64,000 nucleotides of DNA, from the NCBI GenBank assembly GCA_037127955.1, contig JBAXXI010000001.1, positions 9,217 through 73,216 on the forward strand, given 5' to 3'. Position numbers and translations under genes: made by a program. This DNA comes from Candidatus Berkelbacteria bacterium (GTDB taxonomy: Bacteria; Patescibacteriota; UBA1384; UBA12157). Below are positions 19,290-26,944 of this stretch, piece by piece; positions within the stretch are counted from its first letter, which is position 1, and every line of letters begins with the position of its first letter. The notes under the pieces are model-generated. The model was not told where the DNA came from. It ran no database searches and saw only the letters and a list, made by a program, of their open reading frames with translations.

Positions 19290-19566
19290 ACCAAAATCCT
19301 TACTTAATCCAGACAAATCATTTACCGACGAGGTCTTAAAAAACCTTAAAGTCAATGTAGAGCGCTACGGTTATGCGGCTTGCCCTTGCAGATTGGCTTC
19401 TGGCAAAAAAACTGAAGATGCCGATATTATTTGCCCATGCGAATATCGCGGCCAAGATGTGGCCGAATATGACACTTGTTTTTGCGGACTTTATGTCAGC
19501 CAAAAAGCCATCGACGAAAATATTCCCGTCAAACCAATCCCAGATCGCCGATTGGATAAAATTTAA
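19273..19566 (+). CDS. Ferredoxin:thioredoxin reductase catalytic-subunit-like [4Fe-4S] protein
   Basis: 97 aa with CPC-x16-CPC-x12-CFC (CPCRLASG...ICPCEYRG...CFCGLY). This matches the FTR catalytic CPC/CPC/CHC pattern with His replaced by Phe. Confidence 0.7.
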   Translation: MKMENKPKSLLNPDKSFTDEVLKNLKVNVERYGYAACPCRLASGKKTEDADIICPCEYRGQDVAEYDTCFCGLYVSQKAIDENIPVKPIPDRRLDKI

Positions 19567-19572
19567 AATATC

Positions 19573-19609
19573 AAAAAAGCCCGGTATTTAATCGTACCGG
19601 GCTTTTTTA
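19573..19609. terminator. Bidirectional Rho-independent terminator between the copper operon and bipA
   Basis: aaaaaa-GCCCGGTA-tttaatcg-TACCGGGC-tttttt. A perfect 8-bp GC-rich stem flanked by A-run and T-run. Confidence 0.85.
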
Positions 19610-19615
19610 TTTCAA

Positions 19616-21430
19616 TTATTTTCGATTTTTAGCACGCGCACTGCCATTTAAAATCTTTTTTCGAAGTCGAATACTTTTTGGTGTTGCCTCTAAAAGTTCA
19701 TCGTCTTCCAAAAAGTCTAAAGATTGCTCAAGAGATAAAATGGTTGGCGGCGTTAAAATAACTGAGAAATCTGAGCTCGATGCACGAACGTTAGTTTGCT
19801 TCTTTTCTTTTGCGACATTAATTTCAATATCTTCTTCACGAGAATTAATACCAATAATCATACCTTCATAAACTTCGGTTTGTGGCGGAATAAAGGTAAT
19901 ACCGCGACCCTGAGCAATATCTAAACCATAAGTAACAGCCTTGCCCGGACCAGAAGCGATTAAAACACCGTTTCTTAATTTTGGAATATCGGCACCAACA
20001 GGATCAAACCTTAAAAACATGGAGTTCATAATAGCTGTACCTTTAGTTAAAGTCAAAAGCTGATTACGAAGTCCTAATAAACCACGAGTTGAAATTTCAA
20101 ACAAAATACGAGTCGAGCCATCAGCGTTTTCATCTTGACTAAGCATAATACCTTTACGACGACCGACTTCAGCCACCACCGGACCAACCTTATCGGTATC
20201 AACATCAATCGTCAATTCCTCAACTGGCTCAGAAAGAACGCCGTCAATCATTTTATTGATAACTTGAGGCTTAGAAACTTGCATTTCAAAACCCTCACGA
20301 CGAAGCGTTTCAATGAAAACCGAAAGATGAAGCTCACCACGACCTGACAAAATAAATTCACCGTCTTTTTCTTCTAATTTTAAAGCCACATTAGTTTGTA
20401 ATTCTTTTTTAATTCGATCTAAAATCTGGCGACCAGTCACAAATTGACCTTCACGACCAGCAAACGGTGAGGTATTGGCTGAAAGCGCCATTCTTAAAGT
20501 CGGCTCTTCAATTTTAATAGTTGGCAAAGCTTCAGGATTTTGCGCATCAGCAATCGTATTACCAATACCAGCGTTTTTTACACCGGTAATAGAAACGATA
20601 TCGCCTGAAGTCGCTTGAGGTAATTCAATTCTTTTTAAACCCTGACTTGAATAAACTTTTTCAATTCTGGCGGTTTCTTTCTCACCGTCTTTATTGATCA
20701 GAACAACACTTAAGCCAGGCTTGGCAATGCCGCGATTAATACGACCGATTGCATATTTGCCCTGAAAATTATCCCAATCAAGTGCGCTGACCAACATCTG
20801 GAAAGGTTCGTCATCAGCTTCTTTTGGTGCTGGCACGTATTCTAAAATAGCTTCGAAAATACAAGTTAAATCGGCTGGTTCAGTTGGATCGACCGGCATT
20901 TCATGCCAGGCTTTACCTTCACGACCAATGGCATAATAAACCGGAAATTCTAATTGATCGTCGGTTGTAGCCAAATCTAAAAACAAATCATGGATTTTAT
21001 TAATCGTACTTGGAATATCAGCGTCACGTTTGTCAATTTTATTAATAACGACTATCAGTCTTAAACCAAGTTCCATCGCTTTTTTAAGTACAAATTTAGT
21101 CTGTGGCATTGGCCCTTCTTGAGCATCAACCACTAAAATGGCGCCATCGGCCATATTAAGAGTTCGTTCGACTTCTCCACCAAAATCAGCATGTCCTGGA
21201 GTGTCGATAATATTAATTTTTGTATCATTAAAATTTACAGCTGTATTTTTAGCTAAAATTGTAATACCGCGTTCGCGCTCTTGATCATTTGAATCCATAA
21301 TCAAAACCTGAGACATTTCTGCCTCATTATCACGGAAAGTTTTAGATTGTTTTAATAGCCCATCGACTAGAGTAGTTTTACCATGGTCAACGTGAGCAAT
21401 AATCGCAACGTTTCTTATGTTCATAAACAC
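19616..21430 (-). CDS. typA: Translational GTPase BipA/TypA
   Basis: 604 aa. G-domain AIIAHVDHGKTTLVD, DTPGHADF, NKID. EF-G-like domain order with the BipA-specific C-terminal domain. Confidence 0.92.
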   Translation of the reverse strand: MFMNIRNVAIIAHVDHGKTTLVDGLLKQSKTFRDNEAEMSQVLIMDSNDQERERGITILAKNTAVNFNDTKINIIDTPGHADFGGEVERTLNMADGAILVVDAQEGPMPQTKFVLKKAMELGLRLIVVINKIDKRDADIPSTINKIHDLFLDLATTDDQLEFPVYYAIGREGKAWHEMPVDPTEPADLTCIFEAILEYVPAPKEADDEPFQMLVSALDWDNFQGKYAIGRINRGIAKPGLSVVLINKDGEKETARIEKVYSSQGLKRIELPQATSGDIVSITGVKNAGIGNTIADAQNPEALPTIKIEEPTLRMALSANTSPFAGREGQFVTGRQILDRIKKELQTNVALKLEEKDGEFILSGRGELHLSVFIETLRREGFEMQVSKPQVINKMIDGVLSEPVEELTIDVDTDKVGPVVAEVGRRKGIMLSQDENADGSTRILFEISTRGLLGLRNQLLTLTKGTAIMNSMFLRFDPVGADIPKLRNGVLIASGPGKAVTYGLDIAQGRGITFIPPQTEVYEGMIIGINSREEDIEINVAKEKKQTNVRASSSDFSVILTPPTILSLEQSLDFLEDDELLEATPKSIRLRKKILNGSARAKNRK

Positions 21431-21527
21431 CTTTAGATAAATTAAAAAACACTGGTGAGTGTTTGCCGAAAATCGACTTTTGATTTTTACGAGGTCAATA
21501 GTTGAATTTTACTCCTTTTTTCTTCAT

Positions 21528-21556
21528 TTGTCAATGATTTTAAGATATAATATAAT
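21528..21556 (+). promoter_or_regulatory. Sigma-70-like promoter for the small membrane protein gene
   Basis: TTGTCA (21528..21533), a 17-nt spacer, then TATAAT (21551..21556). AAAGGAG at 21565..21571, ATG at 21575. Confidence 0.6.
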
Positions 21557-21574
21557 TAATAGTAAAAGGAGCGT

Positions 21575-21826
21575 ATGCAAGAATACAATCAAAAAACACT
21601 TGAAGATAAGCTTGATCGACATCATAAGCTTATGCATCAAAACATTAAAACTATGGCTTGGTACAGAGTTTTTGGTCGAGGCGTTATTGCCGGTCTCGGA
21701 GCCTCTATTGGCGCCGCTATCGTTATATCAGGCTTGATCTACATACTTAACCATCTTGAATTTGTACCATTCATGAATCAGTTTGTAGAGAAAACTAAAA
21801 TAATTCTCGAACACGCCAGAAGATAA
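21575..21826 (+). CDS. Hypothetical small membrane protein (83 aa)
   Basis: Consensus promoter, strong SD and a terminator all present. One TM helix VIAGLGASIGAAIVISGLIYIL. Confidence 0.5.
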   Translation: MQEYNQKTLEDKLDRHHKLMHQNIKTMAWYRVFGRGVIAGLGASIGAAIVISGLIYILNHLEFVPFMNQFVEKTKIILEHARR

Positions 21827-21841
21827 ATAAAAATTGATATT

Positions 21842-21871
21842 AAAAAAGTCCGTAGAAACTCTACGGACTTG
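21842..21871. terminator. Bidirectional Rho-independent terminator (glgC-like gene and the 83-aa gene)
   Basis: aaaaaa-GTCCGTAGA-aact-CTACGGAC-ttgtt. Confidence 0.7.
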
Positions 21872-21875
21872 TTAG

Positions 21876-23033
21876 TTATGCGATCATAGTGATTCCATGT
21901 TCGCGACGATACTCTCCCTGATAATCGATTTTTTCAGGAGTAATGATTGTGTTTGGCGGAATAACAATTCCGCTGCCAATAATCACTTGTTCTAAATGGG
22001 ACCCATGCCCAATTTTCGAATTATAATGGACAATCGCTCCATTTAAATTCACGTCGGTTTCGATCACTACGCCAGGCGACAACACCACTTTAGTCAACAT
22101 GCTTTTACTCACCGTACAACCACTGGAGATAATAGCTCCATCGGTTACTACAGCATCATGAATATTGGCCGGCGGCAAAACTAATTGTCTAAAGCATAAA
22201 TCCGAATTAAATGGATTTATATAAGGATTAAAAACCGGTTTACTACCAAGTAAATCCTTAATATGAAAATTATAGTATGATTTGAAATCACCTAAATCTT
22301 CCCAGTAACCGGTAAAATAATAGGCAAACACTTTAGCGCCTTGCTCTAAAATCATCGGAATAACATCTTTGCCAAAATCATCACGACCATTACCATTAGC
22401 ACAAATTGACTCTAATGCTTTGATCAGAAAATCAGCTTTAAAAACATATATCCCCATCGAAGCTAAAGCCTTTTCAGGGTGACCAGGCATTGATTTTGGT
22501 TCATCTGGTTTTTCGTCGAAATGACGAACCTTATGATCCTCATCCACTTCCAGTACACCTAAACTTTTGGCGGCACGTTCTCTTGGGACAGGCATAGCCA
22601 TAATGACAACATCAGCATGTTTTGAAAGACAAAACTTCCAAACTTTTTCATAGTCAATCCAAGTGGCATGGTCGGCAGCCGTTATAATCACGTGACTACA
22701 ACCACTGGCCTTAATTTTTGCCAAATTACAAAAAGCCGCATGAGCCGTACCCTTATAGGTATGACCCTTAGTCGACGGCACAGTTTGCAAACTCACCGAA
22801 TGATCCAGAATTGGTCGCCAATACTTCTGTATATAATCCTCGATCGATTGATGTTGATACTGAGTATAAACATCAATTTGCTGAAAATTACAACCCAAGA
22901 GAGCACCAAGCGCTAACGAAAGTGTATTGGTTGTCCCAGCAATTGGTACAACCGGTTTGGCCATATTCTGAGTCAGCAACTTCAAACGCGTGCCGGTACC
23001 TCCGGCTAGAACTGCTGCAAAAACTGATTTCAT
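21876..23033 (-). CDS. glgC: Sugar-1-phosphate nucleotidyltransferase, glucose-1-phosphate adenylyltransferase-like
   Basis: N-terminal AVLAGGTGTRL...PVVPIAG nucleotidyltransferase motif and a C-terminal left-handed beta-helix region. 385 aa. Confidence 0.65.
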   Translation of the reverse strand: MKSVFAAVLAGGTGTRLKLLTQNMAKPVVPIAGTTNTLSLALGALLGCNFQQIDVYTQYQHQSIEDYIQKYWRPILDHSVSLQTVPSTKGHTYKGTAHAAFCNLAKIKASGCSHVIITAADHATWIDYEKVWKFCLSKHADVVIMAMPVPRERAAKSLGVLEVDEDHKVRHFDEKPDEPKSMPGHPEKALASMGIYVFKADFLIKALESICANGNGRDDFGKDVIPMILEQGAKVFAYYFTGYWEDLGDFKSYYNFHIKDLLGSKPVFNPYINPFNSDLCFRQLVLPPANIHDAVVTDGAIISSGCTVSKSMLTKVVLSPGVVIETDVNLNGAIVHYNSKIGHGSHLEQVIIGSGIVIPPNTIITPEKIDYQGEYRREHGITMIA

Positions 23034-23130
23034 TTTTGCCCCCCTTTTTTTTCTATACTAAATTTTTCACGTACGAATGTCTATTTTACACGATTTTTGT
23101 CAAATTGTCAAGACAAAATCAAGATAATAC

Positions 23131-23160
23131 AAAAAACCAGCGCTTTCACGCTGATTTTTT
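23131..23160 (-). terminator. Rho-independent terminator downstream of tRNA-His/pyk
   Basis: aaaaaac-CAGCG-ctttca-CGCTG-atttttt. T-run on both strands. Confidence 0.55.
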
Positions 23161-23203
23161 GATAAATTACACTTCTTTTAAATCTGATAGTATTAGAAGT
23201 TAA

Positions 23204-23280
23204 TGGGGTGGCTGACCGGACTCGGACCGGCGACAGCTTGGACCACAACCAAGTGCTCTACCAACTGAGCTACAGCCACC
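23204..23280 (-). tRNA. tRNA-His (anticodon GTG) with encoded G-1 and 3' CCA
   Basis: Manual fold: G-1, acceptor GTGGCTG/CAGCCAC, D-arm GCTC-AGTTGGTA-GAGC, anticodon arm CTTGG-TTGTGGT-CCAAG, T-arm GCCGG-TCCGAGT-CCGGT, discriminator C, CCA. Confidence 0.85.
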
Positions 23281-23342
23281 ATACGATATGACCTAAATAT
23301 CTATTAAATCATACCATAAATTTACGTTTTTATCAAGAAATA

Positions 23343-24368
23343 CTAAATATTATTTGACCGATGGTAAATATAATTTTCAGTTTCTTCGACAATTTTTTTC
23401 ATGGTTTTCAAAGCTTCGACAGGATACTCACCAATTGTAGTTTCATTTGAAAGCATCACGGCATCGGTTCCGTCAAAAACCGCATTAGCAATATCAGTCA
23501 CTTCGGCACGAGTTGGAAAAGCACAATGAGTCATAGTCGAAAGCATATGAGTAGCAGTTACAACCGGTGTACCATCATAATTGCAACGTTTAATGATTTG
23601 TTTTTGAATAATCGGCAATCTTTCGATTGGCATTTCCACACCCAAATCACCGCGAGCCACCATAATTCCATCGGATAAAGTAATGATCGAATCAATATTA
23701 TCTAGCGCTACAGCAGTTTCAATCTTGCACATAATTTTAGCTTTGCTTTTACCCATCAAACTCTTCAAAAGCTTAACATCTTCCACGGTTTGAACAAACG
23801 AAATAGCAATCCACTCTGGTTCTTTGGTTAAGATAAACTCTAAATCGGCTCGGTCTTTATCGGTCAAGCTTGAAGTTGTAGTCACGGTTAAAGGCAAATT
23901 AACACCTTTTTTAGGATAGATTTCACCACCATGCAAAACTTTGCAAGTAATTTTATGATTTTCCACACTCAAAACTATCAATTCGATCGTACCATCATCA
24001 ATCAAAATTAAATCTTTTGGCTTAACATCAGTATGAATATATGGATCCATAATCATGATTTCTTTTGATTTACAATCATTACAAACAGAGCTGGTCAAAA
24101 CAACGATATCGCCATCGTGAACCTTTCTTGGCGCGTTTTCAAAAGGGGCCGTTCTGATTTTTGGACCCTGTAAATCACAAAGAATAGCCACTTTTTTATC
24201 GAGTTTTTTAGCCCATTTTCGAATATTATCAATTCTCTTGGCATGATTTTCATGACTATCGTGAGAAAAGTTAAGTCTGGCAATATTCATGCCATTCTCG
24301 ATTAACTCTTTGATTTTTTCTTCTGATTCAGTATTTGGACCAATTGTGCAAATAATTTTTGTACGCAT
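23343..24368 (-). CDS. pyk: Pyruvate kinase, short form lacking the C-terminal regulatory domain
   Basis: Real start MRTKIICTIGP at 24368. RLNFSHDSHENH motif. About 341 aa, covering PK domains A and B only. Confidence 0.85.
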   Translation of the reverse strand: MRTKIICTIGPNTESEEKIKELIENGMNIARLNFSHDSHENHAKRIDNIRKWAKKLDKKVAILCDLQGPKIRTAPFENAPRKVHDGDIVVLTSSVCNDCKSKEIMIMDPYIHTDVKPKDLILIDDGTIELIVLSVENHKITCKVLHGGEIYPKKGVNLPLTVTTTSSLTDKDRADLEFILTKEPEWIAISFVQTVEDVKLLKSLMGKSKAKIMCKIETAVALDNIDSIITLSDGIMVARGDLGVEMPIERLPIIQKQIIKRCNYDGTPVVTATHMLSTMTHCAFPTRAEVTDIANAVFDGTDAVMLSNETTIGEYPVEALKTMKKIVEETENYIYHRSNNI

Positions 24369-24438
24369 ATTTACCTTTCTCAATATTAACCTTATGTGAT
24401 ACAAAAAATCAGCCAATGCTGTTTCTTTGTAAATTTTA

Positions 24439-24515
24439 TGGTGCCCCAGGAGGGATTCGAACCCCCGACCTAAACGTTAGAACCGTCCCGCTCTAATCCA
24501 CTGAGCTACTGGGGC
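24439..24515 (-). tRNA. tRNA-Arg (anticodon TCT), CCA encoded
   Basis: Acceptor GCCCCAG/CTGGGGC, D-arm GCTC-AGTGGATTA-GAGC, anticodon arm GGACG-GTTCTAA-CGTTT (two G-U pairs, G32), T-arm GGGGG-TTCGAAT-CCCTC, A73, CCA. Confidence 0.65.
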
Positions 24516-24519
24516 ATTT

Positions 24520-24593
24520 TGGAGCGGGTGAAGAGAATCGAACTCTCGTAGCAAGTTTGGAAAACTTGTGCTCTACCATTGAGCTACACCCGC
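24520..24593 (-). tRNA. tRNA-Gly (anticodon TCC), CCA encoded
   Basis: Acceptor GCGGGTG/CACCCGC, anticodon arm CAAGT-TTTCCAA-ACTTG, T-loop TTCGATT, U73, CCA. Confidence 0.85.
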
Positions 24594-24626
24594 CCGCACA
24601 CTTCATATATTTCTATTTAATTTTAA

Positions 24627-24705
<79 letters not shown>

Positions 24706-24750
24706 ACACTTTTATATTATACCTTAAAAAACTAAAAAAATCAACAATTT

Positions 24751-26244
24751 TTAAACAGCCTTCTTTTCGGTTACTCGAAAAGTTAAATATTTCCCTAGCA
24801 TCAAACGAGTTTGTGCATCAATTGCTGGAAAACTTGAGAATAAAACTGCTTGAACTGGCACTAAAAACCACTGTAAAACCATTTCGGCCATTTTACTTTT
24901 ACCATATTGCGCTGGTCGAGGCGGCAACAACAATAACGAAATCCAAACCGAAACCACAATACCAGCCCAGGTAAACGACATTAAGGTTCTGATTAAAACT
25001 AACAAATTCGCACCTAACACTGTATGACTAAACCCTGGACCAAACAATAATGGAAACCAAGCCATGATGGCAATAAAAATCGAAGCAGTTGCCCAAGAAT
25101 AATTACCCTCTAATAATCGATAAATCTTTACTGTCTTATCCCAAAATGCAATTTTTCTGTTTTTATATGATTCAATTACGACGTATGGCACATGTTCTAC
25201 ACCATAAGCCCAACGTTGTTTTTGCAAATACTGATTCTTGATCGTCCCCCAAAAATCATGAGCCAAAACTGCATCCATATACACTGGTATAAAAAGTGGC
25301 ACAGCCTTATGATCGCCATCAAAGGTAAAATAAGCTCGCCAAAATTGCCTTGAATCCTCATTAACCACACCAACTTCCCAATAATTAATCTGAATCAACA
25401 TTTTCATACTCATGGCATGCGTCGCAAAATTGACTAAACGCCATGGCCGACTTGCCTCAATCATTTGCCAAAAAGAGTTACCAAAGGCAATAATCCTACA
25501 AATCGCTGGCGCCTGCCAAATATTATTTGAATAAAGCGTAATTGGCTGGAAGCTACGTCGATCACGATTTGGCTCAATACAATAATTATAAGATAAACAT
25601 GCCAAGTATTGACGATGAATCCTAGTATCGGCATCGGCTGTTGTGACCACGGCATTATCGTAAGCAATACTTTTTTCATCTAAAAATAATCTTAATTTTT
25701 TAGCCGCCCAGGTCACATTTGCACCCTTTGCCTTATGCTCGCCAATAATTCCATCCGGGTGTTCGGTTACCAAAAACTTATAAAATTTACTACCGTATTT
25801 ATCCACCAATCTCTTAGCAATTTGACGAGCATTAGCCTTATCACGCTCCTCTGTTGCCAAAACCAAAATGACTTTTTTTAAATTATAATGCGAATCGGCT
25901 AGAGCCTGAATTGAAGTGTCTAGGGTCTCAAAACTTTCTTTATAAGTAGCCAAAATCACCACTTGATAAATCTCCCGCCAGTCCTTAATCACCTCTGTCG
26001 GCTTAACCGATTCCATTCGCCTAACCCAGTCGACATGAAGATCGTGTTTTAAATTTCGATAACCGATAATTAAATTCACGCCAATCACCAAAGATCTGTA
26101 CATCCAATAAATATCTAAAAGCAAAATGTACGTGGCCACAACTACCGGAATGAAAAAAGATAGTACGATTGGTGCAATAAAAGAAAACCATGTCGCCGCA
26201 CCTGGCAAAATTTCCAATGATCGCCATAAAAATGTTTTCTTCAT
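24751..26244 (-). CDS. Family 2 glycosyltransferase, membrane-integrated (processive-type topology)
   Basis: 497 aa. N-terminal TM hairpin, GT-A core (VILATYKE...ADADTRI D-x-D-like, QxxRW-like QKQRWAYG) and C-terminal TM helices. Confidence 0.65.
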   Translation of the reverse strand: MKKTFLWRSLEILPGAATWFSFIAPIVLSFFIPVVVATYILLLDIYWMYRSLVIGVNLIIGYRNLKHDLHVDWVRRMESVKPTEVIKDWREIYQVVILATYKESFETLDTSIQALADSHYNLKKVILVLATEERDKANARQIAKRLVDKYGSKFYKFLVTEHPDGIIGEHKAKGANVTWAAKKLRLFLDEKSIAYDNAVVTTADADTRIHRQYLACLSYNYCIEPNRDRRSFQPITLYSNNIWQAPAICRIIAFGNSFWQMIEASRPWRLVNFATHAMSMKMLIQINYWEVGVVNEDSRQFWRAYFTFDGDHKAVPLFIPVYMDAVLAHDFWGTIKNQYLQKQRWAYGVEHVPYVVIESYKNRKIAFWDKTVKIYRLLEGNYSWATASIFIAIMAWFPLLFGPGFSHTVLGANLLVLIRTLMSFTWAGIVVSVWISLLLLPPRPAQYGKSKMAEMVLQWFLVPVQAVLFSSFPAIDAQTRLMLGKYLTFRVTEKKAV

Positions 26245-26277
26245 AGATTCAGCCTCGATTTACCACTAAATCAAACC

Positions 26278-26607
26278 TTAAAAAGCCTGACTCATGGCAA
26301 ATAGTCTTAAAAATATAATAAATAATATTTGAACTAAAGCACTACCGCCAAGCAAGATAAAACAAATCAACGTTTGTTTTCGATAAATAATATTTGATAA
26401 AAAAATGTTCAATATTAATACTGCCAAAGCGTAACTAATCGGTATAATTCCAATTAATTCCCGATAAAATTTAATATAAAGAAACCAAATGGCGCTGTTG
26501 GTCAAGAGCGATACGCCCACCAATAACCAAACCATTTTTGAACTCCAAAATGGATTTACAAAAAAATACTTGATTTGATTAGCGATAAATTTAAAAACTT
26601 TTTTCAT
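26278..26607 (-). CDS. Small hydrophobic membrane protein (109 aa)
   Basis: ORF track. Three predicted TM helices. Immediately downstream of the GT2 gene on the same strand. Confidence 0.35.
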   Translation of the reverse strand: MKKVFKFIANQIKYFFVNPFWSSKMVWLLVGVSLLTNSAIWFLYIKFYRELIGIIPISYALAVLILNIFLSNIIYRKQTLICFILLGGSALVQILFIIFLRLFAMSQAF

Positions 26608-26618
26608 ATTTTTTTATT

Positions 26619-26692
26619 TGGAGCCAATGGGCAGAATCGGACTGCCGTCGACGATTTACGAAACCGCTGCTTTACCACTAAGCTACATTGGC
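26619..26692 (-). tRNA. tRNA-Thr (anticodon CGT), CCA encoded
   Basis: Acceptor GCCAATG/CATTGGC, D-arm GCTT-AGTGGTA-AAGC, anticodon arm GCGGT-TTCGTAA-ATCGT, T-arm GGCAG-TCCGATT-CTGCC, U73, CCA. Confidence 0.8.
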
Positions 26693-26717
26693 ATTTTTTT
26701 CATCCTACAATTTATTT

Positions 26718-26892
26718 TGGAGCAGATAGCGGGAATCGAACCCGCATCCCATCCTAAGAATCTGATTTCCCAGAGCGGGATACCAGAATCGAACTGGCAT
26801 CTTATCCTTGGGAAGGACACGTTCTACCACTGAACCAATCCCGCTCTGGGAAATCATGGGAAGGATGTGTTCTGCCACTAAACCATATCTGC
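26718..26892 (-). tRNA. Interrupted tRNA-Gly(CCC)-like gene with a ~100-nt insertion after the anticodon loop. Putative exons ~26856..26892 and ~26718..26755.
   Basis: 5' part GCAGATA-TG-GTTT-AGTGGCA-GAAC-A-CATCC-TTCCCA(T) and 3' part (A)-GGATG-GGAT-GCGGG-TTCGATT-CCCGC-TATCTGC-T-CCA join into a perfect cloverleaf. The acceptor stem (7 bp), anticodon stem (CATCC/GGATG), T-arm and encoded CCA are all intact. Confidence 0.5.
26774..26844 (-). tRNA. tRNA-Gly (anticodon CCC), nested inside the insertion of the outer tRNA-like gene; no encoded CCA
   Basis: GCGGGAT-TG-GTTC-AGTGGTA-GAAC-G-TGTCC-TTCCCAA-GGATA-AGAT-GCCAG-TTCGATT-CTGGT-ATCCCGC-T. The acceptor stem continues into a perfect 12-bp extension (GATTTCCCAGA+A / T+TCTGGGAAATC). 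Confidence 0.7.
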
Positions 26893-26944
26893 AAAATTTC
26901 TTATATTAACACTATTATAGCAAATTTTAACCTAAAATAAAAGG

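Noticed and set aside
19373-19591. ORF 19373..19591 (+) overlapping the FTR-like gene in another frame
   Set aside because: The FTR-like frame carries the conserved CPC/CPC/CFC motif. The alternative frame has no features.
26575-26833. Plus-strand track ORFs 26575..26757 and 26618..26833
   Set aside because: They run antisense through tRNA-Thr and the nested tRNA-Gly locus. The translations have no features, so they are most likely spurious.
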